From the NCBI GenBank assembly GCA_918797485.1, contig CAKKNE010000006.1, positions 1,240,001-1,304,000 of the forward strand: 64,000 bases of DNA. The letters are read 5' to 3'. This DNA is from Pelagomonas calceolata (Eukaryota). The notes under the pieces were generated by a model that searched no databases, was not told the DNA's origin, and saw only the letters and a list, made by a program, of their open reading frames with translations. The stretch's first letter is position 1. The number at the start of each line of letters is the position of its first letter. The position numbers and the translations under genes were made by a program. This document shows, one piece after another, positions 1 to 10,136 of the stretch.

Positions 1-2
1 CA

Positions 3-1142
3 GCGCCGGCAAAGTCGCACGTCGCGTCTGCGGCGTCGCCGTGGGTCGACGTCTGCACGGATTTGTTGGCGGCGATCGAGAATCAGAAAGGCATCATGGG
101 CTTCCGCAACCGGCTCGTGAAGGCCGGCTTCCGCTGCGGCCAGCCGATCGTGAAGTGTAGTAAAGGTGGTTACTACGAGATCTCCGTGCCGCTCACCTTC
201 CCCTGCTGCTACGACGTCGCCGGCAAGGACTACGCGTCGAACCAGGACATGCTGCGGTCGAAGCCCCAGCTCGTCAAGTACTTCGAGGGCTGCATCGCCC
301 TCGCGCAAGCTGGTGGAGCGTACCGCACGGAGGCCGACCGCGAAAAGGACGAGGGCGAGGACGCGCGGCGCGCCGCGCTGGAGAGCGACGACGACGACGC
401 CCCGCACGCGCCGCCGCAGCCGATTGTGAGGGTGCCGCCGCCGCCGCGGAAGGCCACGGGCCAGGTCGAGGAGTTCAAGGTCGGTGACCGCGTCAAGGCG
501 CTCTACCAGCGGGGACAGCGCTGGTACCCCGGCCGCGTCGTCGCCGTGAACGTACAGCATCGATCGCTCGGAGTGTGTGACCGCTCGTACGACATCGAAT
601 ACGACGATGGCGATGAGGAGTCGAACGTGCGCCCGGCGCTCATGCGACGCATCAGGGCGCCCGCGGCCGCGCGACCGCCGGCTCTGCCCAAACCGCCGCG
701 CCGGGCCGCGGGTGGCGCGGCGGCACGGCCGTTTCAACCGGAAGAGGACAGCGAGGGCAAGCCCGCGGCGCCCGCGCTGGCGCAGACGCCGGCGACGCCG
801 CGGCCTGCGGCGCCCAAGAAGCGCCCGCGCTCCCTCGACCTGGGCCCCTGCCGACCGCGCTCCCAGGGGCCGAAGAGCCTCTTCGCGCCGCCGACCGGCC
901 CGCGCCGCGCCATCAAGCGGGCCCGCGCCGAAGAGCCCGAGTTACTCTTCCGCGAAGGGGACTCGGTGTGGGCCCTCGAGCGCCCCGACATCAAGGAGGC
1001 CGCCCACGGGACGGTCGTCGAGGACGTCCCCGTCGGCGCGACGACGGGCCGCGTCAAGTGGGACAACCCGGCTTACCCCGAGGCGGAGCTGCCGATCGCG
1101 CAGATCGCCCCGGCGCGCTCCGGGCGCCGCTCGTCGCGCTGA
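3..1142 (+). CDS. 5'-truncated protein with Tudor/Agenet-like domain(s) and a Pro/Ala-rich linker
   Basis: The frame is open from the window edge. FKVGDRVKALYQRGQRWYPGRVVAV...YDIEYDDGDEE is Tudor-like, and a second beta-barrel-like segment (FREGDSVWA...GRVKWD) lies at the C-terminus. Confidence 0.65.
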   Translation, partial: APAKSHVASAASPWVDVCTDLLAAIENQKGIMGFRNRLVKAGFRCGQPIVKCSKGGYYEISVPLTFPCCYDVAGKDYASNQDMLRSKPQLVKYFEGCIALAQAGGAYRTEADREKDEGEDARRAALESDDDDAPHAPPQPIVRVPPPPRKATGQVEEFKVGDRVKALYQRGQRWYPGRVVAVNVQHRSLGVCDRSYDIEYDDGDEESNVRPALMRRIRAPAAARPPALPKPPRRAAGGAAARPFQPEEDSEGKPAAPALAQTPATPRPAAPKKRPRSLDLGPCRPRSQGPKSLFAPPTGPRRAIKRARAEEPELLFREGDSVWALERPDIKEAAHGTVVEDVPVGATTGRVKWDNPAYPEAELPIAQIAPARSGRRSSR

Positions 1143-1242
1143 GCGTTCCTCCATCCCCACCCTGTCTGTAACGACGTGAACACATAATGCAGATCTTGAT
1201 TCTCGGCACGAACTCGCACAAAAAGGCTCGGGGCGCGTCCGC

Positions 1243-1266
1243 GCTAGCGGCCTGTAAGACACTAGC
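1243..1266 (+). promoter_or_regulatory. Recurrent 5'-intergenic motif GCTAGCGGCCTGTAAGACACTAGC (exact copy)
   Basis: The identical 24-mer is also at 5875, 20666, 34358 and 35491; this copy is about 150 bp upstream of the ATG at 1418. Confidence 0.6.
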
Positions 1267-1417
1267 AAGATGCTCTGCCTTCAAGCTCTCCGAGTCGCAC
1301 TGATGGCCATGCGACGCGAAAGCCGTGCAAAACCGATGCGCCAACTACGTCTCATCATTCATTGATCGCTGGGTTCAGTTGCTGCGGTTGCACTGCACAG
1401 CAGCACTGTGTTGCGCC

Positions 1418-2572
1418 ATGCTGCTCCGTCGCGTCGTGACACGCACAGCGTCGCATCGATCACTCGCAACTTTGGACGCGGTGCACAACGTCGACGACTT
1501 CCAGCGGCTAGCGAAAGATGTGCTCGAGCGGCCGCTCTACGAGTACCTCGCGTCCGGCTCCGGCGACGAGGTCACGCTGCGGGAGAACCGCGCGGCCTTT
1601 GGCCGTTACGCGCTGCGGCCGCGCGCGCTGCGGCCGGTCGACGCGCTCTCGACGACCTGCGAGCTCTTCGGCAACGAGCTCGCGCTGCCCGTCTTCGCAT
1701 CGCCCGCGGGCGTGCATTCGCTCGTCGACGACGAGGGTGAGTGCGCCACCGCGCGCGCGTGCGGCCGCGCCGGCGTGCTCTTTGGACTCAGCCAGCACGC
1801 GACTGTCTGCATCGAGGACGTCGCGGCAGCGGCGCCGGGCGCGCATCGCTGGTTCCAGAGCTATTTGTTGAAGGACCGCGCCGCGACGTTGGATTTGGTG
1901 CGGCGCGCCGTCGCCGCGGGGTATCGCGGGGTCTTCCTCACCGTCGACTCCGTGCGCTTCGGCTTCCGCGAGGTGGACGCGAGGAATAACTTCTGCGCGT
2001 TGCCGCCGCCGCTGACGCTCGCGAACTACGTCGCGACGCCGCCAGGGATTGGCGCGGCGGCCTGGGAGGCGCGCGAGCATCGCGCGTGGGACCAGAACTC
2101 CGAGGCGCTGTTCGACACCGCGGCCTCCTGGGACGCAGTTTCTTGGCTCCGCGAGGAGCTCGACCCGTCGATACCCTTAGTTGTCAAGGGCGTCATGACT
2201 GGCGAGGACGCCGCGCTCGCCGTGGCCCACGGCGCCGACGGCGTCTACGTGAGCACGCATGGCGGCCGCCAGCTCGACGAGACGCTCGGCGCGCTGGACG
2301 CGCTCCCGGAGGTCGCCGCGGCCGTACCGCCCGGCACGCCTGTGCTTCTGGACTCGGGCGTGCGCCGCGGCACGGACGTCGTGAAGGCCCTCGCTCTGGG
2401 CGCGACGGCGGTCGGCGTCGGCAAACCGCTCTTCTTTTCGCTCGCCGTCGGCGGCGAGCGAGGCGTCGACAAGTTGTTCGAGATCCTCGCGGAGGAAACA
2501 CGCGTCGCGATGGCCTTGACGGGCTGCGCGTCGCTCGCCGACATATCGGCCGATGTTGTTTGTGCGAGATAA
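1418..2572 (+). CDS. FMN-dependent alpha-hydroxy acid oxidase/dehydrogenase (glycolate oxidase/HAO family)
   Basis: Family motifs YEYLASG, TLREN, LRPRAL, TVDS, VVKGV, STHGGRQLD and DSGVRRGTDVVKALALGA are present. The first ATG (1418) gives an Arg/Ser-rich presequence. Confidence 0.92.
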   Translation: MLLRRVVTRTASHRSLATLDAVHNVDDFQRLAKDVLERPLYEYLASGSGDEVTLRENRAAFGRYALRPRALRPVDALSTTCELFGNELALPVFASPAGVHSLVDDEGECATARACGRAGVLFGLSQHATVCIEDVAAAAPGAHRWFQSYLLKDRAATLDLVRRAVAAGYRGVFLTVDSVRFGFREVDARNNFCALPPPLTLANYVATPPGIGAAAWEAREHRAWDQNSEALFDTAASWDAVSWLREELDPSIPLVVKGVMTGEDAALAVAHGADGVYVSTHGGRQLDETLGALDALPEVAAAVPPGTPVLLDSGVRRGTDVVKALALGATAVGVGKPLFFSLAVGGERGVDKLFEILAEETRVAMALTGCASLADISADVVCAR

Positions 2573-2582
2573 CAATAACAAA

Positions 2583-4537
2583 TTAGATGGCATACCCCCC
2601 CGTCTCCATGCCGCCCCCGGTCGCGGCCCCGAGCATCGACATCCCTTCGAGCACGTTCCGCCGGTCGCGCGTCGACTTGAGCTTGTTCCTTTCGGCCTTG
2701 GCGATGGCCTCGTGGTCCAGGAACTGCTCCTGCTCCGCCGCCAATAACTCCCGCCGCTCGAAATTTTTATCAGCTTCACGCACCGCGAAGATCAAATTCT
2801 GGATGATATGCGGTCCTCGCTTTCTCCTACTACCATCTTTCCGCGCCGTCCCGATCGTGAACGACTCCTTGGCGTATTTGAGCTGGAGGTGCTCCGGTAT
2901 CAACAACTCTTTCGGCGGGTCGGCGAGTTGCACGGGCCTTTGCGTCGTGCCGTCCCAGGACTCCAACCGTTCGTCGGCTAAAAATTTTTCGTGCGCGACC
3001 CAGTCCGTCGCGTGCTCCTCGCCGCCCAGATCCTTCTCCTCCTCCTCCTCGGGCTCGTCCAGCTTCGTGAATTCGCCCGTCTTCAGTTTCCGCGGGTGGG
3101 GCTCGTCCCCCACTGTAATTTTCCAGGGGCCCTTGCCCTTGACCGGCAGCGCCGTCACGACGCCGCGGTCGTCGCCCACCTGGACCAGATCGCCGACCTC
3201 GAAGGTTTCAACGGCGGTCTGTGGCCTTGACGGCGGCGGCAGCTCGACGACCACTAACGCGTTCTCTTCTACACTTTTCTTTTTGGTCATCGTCTTGCCG
3301 TCCACTTGGACCCGGCCCTGCTTCACGAGGGCGCCCCACTCCTGTTTCGAGCGATCGGGAAAGGCGTTGAACAGCACGGCGTCGATCCTCGCTTTCTTCT
3401 CTACTACTAATTCGAGAAGGTTCTTTTCCTCGGGCTCGGCCTCGTCGTCCGTCTCGATAATCACTTCCGGTAAAGGCGGTTCTCCTTCTATGGTATCGTA
3501 GTAAGGTGGCGGCGGCCGCTTCGGCTTATCTTGGATTAAGCATCGATTCCTATACGTACGCATCGCCCGTCTTCTCGTGTCGAAGTCCGGCCGAGGCCGT
3601 CGCAGTAGAGCGGCCAGCGGCACGTTCCTCGATTCCAGAGCGACGTCGTAGGCCGTGCGGCCATCTTTATCTTGGATCAACCTGTGTGGACATCAACCAG
3701 TGTGTCGGGTGCACGCGGCCGTGCTGGCTCCGTCGAGCGGTGAAGAACCGGCACCGCCACGCCATCGAGCAGGCATCGCGTCGATGGCGTGGAGGACGAC
3801 GCGAACGTGACGTGAAATTTTGATTTCCACACAGGTACCAACGGCGACACGCCGGCCTCCAGCAGGATCTGGGCGCACTCGACGTCGTTGAGCGACCCCA
3901 TGGCGCAGATGTGTAGCGGCGACCACCCGGCCTCCGTCACGCCCGTAACACAGGACGCTTGCGGCTTCTTCTTCAGTCTATTCTTCTCTAGCTGTTCGAG
4001 ATGTTGTTGAGCGGCAGCAATAGCTTGCTCGGCGTCGTACTGCTCTTGATTAAACGCGGCGCCGCCATACGAACCATCCGTAGAAACGAGGTTCGACGTA
4101 TCTCGCTTATGACTATAACGAGCCAGACAGATCATGTTCACCTTCCAGGCCTTGCCTTCCTTCGGTTTCGGGTAGAGCGTACCGTCCTCCTTCTCGGCCT
4201 GGCGGATTTTTCTCTTTTCGATGGCTTGTTCGCTACTCCCATCTTCGAAATTAACGTCGTACGTCCCGTCGTGGTTGTCTCGCGCGATGTACCCTTGCAA
4301 CCACTTGGACTTGGCATCCTCCAATTTCGCGCGCGTGTTCGCCGGCAGGGTCGGGCAGCCCACATCATTAACAACGAGCAGCTCGACGGCCTCGACGTGG
4401 CCGTTCCAGACCGCGAAGTGCAATGCGTTGAGTCCGTTGTCGTCGGTCGAGCAGGGGTTGCCGCCCGTCTCGAGGAGTTCTTTGAGGTACTCGACGTCGC
4501 CCTGGGCCGCGGCCTCGCGCAGGACGGAGCCGCTCAT
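2583..4537 (-). CDS. Ankyrin-repeat protein with a Tudor-like insert and an S4 domain; 2 exons (4537-3843, 3681-2583)
   Basis: Ankyrin motifs GLNALHFAVWNGH, GWSPLHICA and DKDGRTAYDVA. Removing intron 3682-3842 rejoins ...GVSP-LIQDKDG... in frame. An S4-like segment RIDAVL...SKQEWGALVKQGRVQVDG follows. Confidence 0.75.
3682..3842 (-). mobile_element. Introner element (TIR family A) forming a GT-AG intron
   Basis: TIRs are CTGTGTGGA(C/A)ATCA...TGAT(T/G)TCCACACAG. The 8-bp TSD is GTTGGTAC/GTTGATCC (6/8 match). The donor comes from the TSD and the acceptor from the TIR; excision restores the frame. Confidence 0.88.
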
Positions 4538-4701
4538 GGCTTATCTGGTGGCGGCTGCCCCGTGGCCCTTTCGCTGGCGCGAGCGGATCTAGGGTGGCTA
4601 CCAGCTTGTGGGGTATCGCGTCGGCGTCGTGAGAGGGTCGTAGGTCGTCGGGTGGCTGCCTCCTGTGGCGGGATGCGGCGCTGCGATTTGCCTCCGACTT
4701 T

Positions 4702-4723
4702 GCTAGTGTCTTAGTCCGCTAGC
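4702..4723 (-). promoter_or_regulatory. 5'-intergenic CTAG/TAAGACA/CTAG motif variant
   Basis: The reverse complement reads GCTAGCGGACTAAGACACTAGC, between divergent genes. Confidence 0.5.
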
Positions 4724-4886
4724 TAATATTGTCGAGCAGTCGAGTAGGCCATAGCCCGCATAGAGAGAACGCATGTAAGCGGTGGTGCATAATTGTATTT
4801 GACTACTCGTGCCGCCTGGTTGGGCCAAGCCTCGGTTTACGCATGCTCTGTGATCGATTTTGATCGAGTCACAAAATTGACCAGTG

Positions 4887-5777
4887 ATGCGACTCGCGCA
4901 CGTCCTCGCCGCCGCGGCCGCCACCTCAACACCACCCCGCGGCTTCCTGCTCGTGGCGACTAAACGTCCCGTCCTGCTCCTCCAAGGGGACGCCGACACC
5001 GACTGGCGCAGGGACGAGCTCGGCGGTCTCTTGCGGGACATTTGCGCCCAAGAAAAGTACCCGGCGACGGTCGTCGTTGGGGATGCGAAGGAGGTATCAA
5101 CCGTCGAACGCAACCGGCCCTGCGACCGCGTTGTAGCGCGTTTGTTGCCCGACCGCCGCCGCCTGAATTTACGCGAGGACGGGTCCATCTTCCCGATGCG
5201 CCTGTTTAAAGTGAGAGCCATCGCCGCGTTCTGCAATATCTATGAGGGCGGTACGTTATATATCGACAACGACGTGCAGCTGCGCTTACCTGTACTGGAT
5301 GAGCTCTTCGCGATCTTCGACGCGATGCAAGCCCAAGGCAAGACCGTGGGCATACTGAAAGATCCGGGCGTCCCTCCCGGCCACGAAGTCGATAGTATAC
5401 CGGAGTGGTTCGGCGAGCGCAACGGCGGCGTCGCCTTCTGGGGACCGGGGTCATCAAAAGTGGCCGATGCCTGGGTCGCGGAGATGCGCTTCAATACCAC
5501 GAAGGACGGCCACGACCAGATGCCCCTCCGCAAAGTGCTCTGGCGGTATCGCGACGTCTTGTACGATTTACCGGAAACAACACAATGTAGAAGGTGCACG
5601 CGGCGGACGGGCCGCGACCCCTGCGCCTACTTACTGTGGCACAACCACCGCAAGAAGCGCGAGGAGCACAAGTCGCCGCGGACGACGGCGTGCGGCTACC
5701 ACGCGCCGCCGCAAGAATTGGTCCTGCGGCACCAGCACCACGGCCACTCTTCTTCGCCGTCGCCGCCCGAGGGGTAA
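4887..5777 (+). CDS. Secreted/Golgi GT-A fold nucleotide-diphospho-sugar transferase-like protein
   Basis: Signal peptide; LYIDND (DxD), NGGV, HDQMPLR and a late His motif. Confidence 0.6.
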   Translation: MRLAHVLAAAAATSTPPRGFLLVATKRPVLLLQGDADTDWRRDELGGLLRDICAQEKYPATVVVGDAKEVSTVERNRPCDRVVARLLPDRRRLNLREDGSIFPMRLFKVRAIAAFCNIYEGGTLYIDNDVQLRLPVLDELFAIFDAMQAQGKTVGILKDPGVPPGHEVDSIPEWFGERNGGVAFWGPGSSKVADAWVAEMRFNTTKDGHDQMPLRKVLWRYRDVLYDLPETTQCRRCTRRTGRDPCAYLLWHNHRKKREEHKSPRTTACGYHAPPQELVLRHQHHGHSSSPSPPEG

Positions 5778-5874
5778 TTTTCTCTCATCAGTAGGCCGCC
5801 CACATACTCGTTTTGAGGCACCTCGATCGATCGATCGAGACTCCGCCCCGCCCCCCCGGGCGCTTCCAGGGCAA

Positions 5875-5898
5875 GCTAGCGGCCTGTAAGACACTAGC
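5875..5898 (+). promoter_or_regulatory. Recurrent 5'-intergenic motif (exact copy)
   Basis: Exact 24-mer about 250 bp upstream of the PARP ATG. Confidence 0.6.
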
Positions 5899-6145
5899 AA
5901 GCCAGGCAGCAGGGCAGGGGACCTCAGACGGCCGTCAGACGCGCCCAACCGGTTTATCTGCACAGCATTGATCACCAAAGTAGTTCCGCAGCCGAACTTT
6001 TGACCCCTGCGGCTCGCGCGTACAAAATAGATCCTGGGGGGTCTGCCTCCCTGACAACATTCGCCTGCGTCTACAGTCCGCGGGCGACCGAACGAGTCCG
6101 CGAAGGCGCGTGCACGCCACGTCTGAAACCACTGACACATAAAAC

Positions 6146-8749
6146 ATGAGCCATCTCGACCAGATCGCACGCGCCGGCGGCGGCGGCGACGGCGGCCCGC
6201 CACAAGCGAAGATCGGTCCCGCCCCGACCGGTCGCGCGAAATGCTCGAAGTGCGCCGCAAATATTGAGAAGGGAACGCTGCGCGCGACGACCTTCAGCTC
6301 GAGCGCGTTCCACGACGGCTACGACGCGTCCCATTACCACGCGCTCTGTGCACCAGCATCGGCCCGCGGTAGCTTCGACCCGAAGGCTACCTTGTTGCTA
6401 CCGTGGCGCGACCAGCTCACTTTCTCTTCCCACGAGTCCCAGAAGAATGACCTCCGCTCCAACGCGCGAGCGCAAGCGGCGAGCGACCTCTTCTGCCGCA
6501 CGCGTACCGCCCTCGCGAACGACTGCAGACCCAAGGACGTGAAGCAGCTCGTAGAGGAGAACGGCTACTCGCTCCACTGCGGCCCGAAGCCTATTCCACT
6601 CGAGATTCTCGTCGAGATCGCCGCCGACGGCCTCTGCTTCGGACGGCTACCGAAATGTGCCGTGTGCGGCGGTCGAGCGCTCCGACACGCCGGGGCCGAG
6701 CAGGGCTCCCACTCGATAACGTGGTGCACGGGGTGGGCGTCCGCGTCGACGCCCTGCGCCTTCGTCACGAGCGAACCGCCGGCGCGAGAGGCCTGCTGGA
6801 CTGGCTCTGCAGGCTTGCGCAAGAATACGAAGCCGCTCCGGGCTCTCGCTGCATTATTATCGGAGGCTGACGCGCGGGCGCGGCGCGAGGCGCCGGAGCC
6901 CGAAGCTCGGGCGTCAAAGAAGCCCCGGACGGCGCCGCCGCCGCCGCCACCGCTACCAGCGGTCTCGCCGCGCCTGCGGCCCGTACCGACGGACTCGCGG
7001 CTGCTCGTCGTCGATCCCATGGCGCTGCAGGAAGCTGGGTGCAACGCGGGCGCGCGCGACGCTGCTATCGTTCTCACGCATAACGGATGCACGGCCATGA
7101 ACGTGCAGCTGACCTACGTCGACGCCGCCTCGGAGACGAACAGCTTCTACCGCCTCCAGTGCTTCCAGTTCGAGCGGGGTGGATTTGGCATTTTTACGAG
7201 ATGGGGCCGCGTCGGCGAGGACGACGGTCTGCGCAATTACATGGCCGGGGCAAGCTCGGCGCAGAACAAATGTATGCTGCATTTCCACGATGACCTGGAA
7301 TCGGCGACTGAGGAGTTCGCCAAGGTCTTCAAGCGGCACACGCGCCAGGATTGGGCGGCGTATGCTGCGGCGCGGGAGTTTACGCACCAGCCGGGCTGTT
7401 ATGATATTGTGCGCCACGCGGACGCCGAATTGCTGGCGGACGGCGAGGCGGCGGCACCCGGGCGGCCGGCGCTGACGGACGCACCGCTACCTGTAGATCT
7501 CGACGGTCTCGGCGTCAAGGCGCTCAAGGGTTTCTGCGCGGAACGCGGCGTCGACGTCTCGAGGTGCCTCGAGAAGGGCGACATCGTCGACGCGCTGCGG
7601 GCGTCGGCGCCGGCCGTCGCCGCGCCGGCGGCCGAGACGGCTCTCGCGGCGCCGGCGCTCCCGCTGCCCGAGAGCGTCGCGCAGTTCGTCGAGCTCATCT
7701 TTTCCAAGAAGCGCATGGAGGACGAGCTCTCGCGGCGAAACGTCGACACGAGCAAGTTCCCGCTGGGCGAGATCTCGCCGGCGTGTATCCGGGCGGCGTA
7801 CGCCGCGCTGTCCGCGGCATCCGCGGCGCTCGACCGGCCCGCCTCGGCAGCAACCGACGACGTCCAGCGCGCCCGAGACGCCCAGGCTATTCAGACGGCG
7901 ACGAACGACTTCCTGCGGGCGATACCGCATCAAGTTCCCCGCGGCGGCATGGCGGCGCTGCGCCTCGATAATATTGAAGTCATACGCCAGAAGACGGACC
8001 TCGTCTCAACCTTGGAGCAGATCCTCAAGCGTCTGCAGCTGGACCGCGCGGCCCCGAAACAAGCTATTTCCGAAGCGCCCGGCGACGTCTTGAGGAGACA
8101 GTACGCCTCGCTCAAGTGCGACCTGACACCTGTGCCGCGGGACTCCGCGGCCTACGCGGCCATCGCGGGCTACCTGCGTCGGGGCTGGGCCGAGTGTACG
8201 CTGGAGGCTATCTTCGAGGCCACGCTCGCGGGCCAAACAGAAGCTTTCGAGCCGCACCGGAAGTCGAACGTACATTTGTTGTGGCATGGAAGCTCTCTGT
8301 CGAATTGGGCGGGCATATTGAGTGGAGGTTTGCGGATAGCCCCTCCCGAGGCGCCGGTGAACGGCTACAACTTCGACAAAGGGTTGTATTTCGCCGACGT
8401 GTGCGCGAAATCAGCTCAATATTGCCGCGTCCACTCGGGCGCCGCCGCGGTGCTCTGCCTTGCTGAGGTCGCGGTTGGCGATCCGCTCCTGAAGCGCGCC
8501 CCGGACCACAACTCCAACAACGCGAGACGTCTCTCGGGCAAGGATAGCGTCGTGGCCATGGGTCTAAGGGAGCCGGACCCGTCGGCGGGCTACGAGCGCC
8601 TCGGCTCGGCGAGGCTGCCGCTCGGTCGAGTGACCGATTACGCGCCGCCCGAGGACGGGCCCCAGCGCTACATGGGCCACAACGAGTACATCGTCTACGA
8701 CGCGTCGCGCCACCGCATCAAGTACGTCGTCCAGTGCCGCGCCGCTTGA
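6146..8749 (+). CDS. PARP1: Poly(ADP-ribose) polymerase, PARP1-like (zf-PARP, PADR1, WGR, regulatory and catalytic domains)
   Basis: GRAKCSKC...HYHALC zinc finger; CAVCGG...C.GW..STPC (PADR1); FTRWGRVG; LWHGS, GLYFAD, SAQY and NEYIVY, so the H-Y-E triad is intact. Confidence 0.9.
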   Translation: MSHLDQIARAGGGGDGGPPQAKIGPAPTGRAKCSKCAANIEKGTLRATTFSSSAFHDGYDASHYHALCAPASARGSFDPKATLLLPWRDQLTFSSHESQKNDLRSNARAQAASDLFCRTRTALANDCRPKDVKQLVEENGYSLHCGPKPIPLEILVEIAADGLCFGRLPKCAVCGGRALRHAGAEQGSHSITWCTGWASASTPCAFVTSEPPAREACWTGSAGLRKNTKPLRALAALLSEADARARREAPEPEARASKKPRTAPPPPPPLPAVSPRLRPVPTDSRLLVVDPMALQEAGCNAGARDAAIVLTHNGCTAMNVQLTYVDAASETNSFYRLQCFQFERGGFGIFTRWGRVGEDDGLRNYMAGASSAQNKCMLHFHDDLESATEEFAKVFKRHTRQDWAAYAAAREFTHQPGCYDIVRHADAELLADGEAAAPGRPALTDAPLPVDLDGLGVKALKGFCAERGVDVSRCLEKGDIVDALRASAPAVAAPAAETALAAPALPLPESVAQFVELIFSKKRMEDELSRRNVDTSKFPLGEISPACIRAAYAALSAASAALDRPASAATDDVQRARDAQAIQTATNDFLRAIPHQVPRGGMAALRLDNIEVIRQKTDLVSTLEQILKRLQLDRAAPKQAISEAPGDVLRRQYASLKCDLTPVPRDSAAYAAIAGYLRRGWAECTLEAIFEATLAGQTEAFEPHRKSNVHLLWHGSSLSNWAGILSGGLRIAPPEAPVNGYNFDKGLYFADVCAKSAQYCRVHSGAAAVLCLAEVAVGDPLLKRAPDHNSNNARRLSGKDSVVAMGLREPDPSAGYERLGSARLPLGRVTDYAPPEDGPQRYMGHNEYIVYDASRHRIKYVVQCRAA

Positions 8750-8779
8750 CGCCTGTAAGTGACTATGCATGTATAAAAC

Positions 8780-9841
8780 TTACCCCCGGGCCGGCTCCCG
8801 CACCGAGAACGAGGGATCCGGCTCCGCCTCGCCGCCGAAGCACCAGCACGTCTCGCGCCTGCGCTCCGTCTCCCGCACCAGCCCCCAGCACACAGTCTCC
8901 TTCTGCAGCGGCGGCCGCTCGTCCTCCTCATCCGCGCCGGCGGCGTGGACCCACCGCCCGTACGTCGCCCGCAGCTCCTCGCGCGTCCGCTGATCACAAA
9001 AAGCCTTGAGCCAGCCTGGGACCCTCAAAACGGCGTCGTCAAACACGCACCGATAGTAGACGCGCGCCATGCACTGGTCGAGTTGGTCGGAGTCGCAGAA
9101 GAGCCAGGTCGTTTCTACGGATAGAGCTTTCGCGTACCGTATTTTTTCGAACCTAGACGACTCGAAAATGGCCAGAGCGACGCCGGCCGCCGGGTGGTGC
9201 ACCATGATCTGCTCCTTGGCCGTCGGTACATGTAAAGGCACGCCTGGTATGCGCACGGACCCAGCGAGCGGGTGCAGCGTCGTCACGCTCCGCTGGTGCG
9301 CGTCGTGGGCTACCAGCGTCCACGCAGAAGTCTCCAACCCCTCGTTGTGGCACTTTTCCTCCAATACGCGCGCGTAGAAGTCGTCGCGCCAGAACTTGTC
9401 GAAGACGCCGTCCGCCTCGAGTTGCAGCTCGAAGTTCAGGACCAGACGGTGGCCGTCGCGTTCCTCGTCCTCGTCGTCGCGACACAAGGCCAGACAGCGC
9501 CGGATGGCATCTGATGCTTTTCGAGGCGCTTCCTTGAGCGCTTTTGAGTCGGGCCCTACGAGTGGACCTCGTCGTTCTATGGGCGGCGGCGGCGGCGGCG
9601 GCTTGTGTCGATGTCGTCTCGCTAGGAGTGTGCCGGCGGCGACGCATGCGACCGCGCCCGTGGCCATTGGAGCTGCCTCCGCGACTCTAGCCGTGACGGC
9701 GGTGACGCCCGCGGCGTAGCCGACGGCCGCGGCGGCGCCAAAGCCCGCGGCGGCACCTAATGTAGCAGCTCGTGCCCCGTCGCAGACCACGCGGGCCTGG
9801 TCCGGCAGGCGGCCGGCCCACGGGCTGTAACCTTGGCCCAT
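8780..9841 (-). CDS. Membrane-anchored VASt/START-like lipid-transfer protein
   Basis: Hydrophobic N-terminal helices, then a pattern resembling VASt (F.DKFW.DDFY, SAW, RSV...HPL, YAKALSVETTW, WLKAFCDQ). Confidence 0.5.
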   Translation of the reverse strand: MGQGYSPWAGRLPDQARVVCDGARAATLGAAAGFGAAAAVGYAAGVTAVTARVAEAAPMATGAVACVAAGTLLARRHRHKPPPPPPPIERRGPLVGPDSKALKEAPRKASDAIRRCLALCRDDEDEERDGHRLVLNFELQLEADGVFDKFWRDDFYARVLEEKCHNEGLETSAWTLVAHDAHQRSVTTLHPLAGSVRIPGVPLHVPTAKEQIMVHHPAAGVALAIFESSRFEKIRYAKALSVETTWLFCDSDQLDQCMARVYYRCVFDDAVLRVPGWLKAFCDQRTREELRATYGRWVHAAGADEEDERPPLQKETVCWGLVRETERRRETCWCFGGEAEPDPSFSVREPARG

Positions 9842-10136
9842 GGCTTGTTGTTGTGTCGCCGCGGCGGCCGGCGTTGGCGCAGCCGCTTCCGCTGCTCCAG
9901 GCGGTGGTGGTGGAGGGAGTGGTGGTGGTGGTGGCTCTTCCCGCTTGGATTCCTGCGAGCCAATGGTTCTGTCCTCCTGCTTATGCGGTCTGCGCGTCTG
10001 TAACCGCGCTCGATACGCTGTTTCAGCGCCGCTTCCTTAGCTACCTAGCGTCCGTATAGGCACTAGCGGCAAGCTTTTGGAGCTAAAGGTTTTTTGCATC
10101 GTAGGGCTGCCCCCGAGCGAGTTGACCATACAAAAG

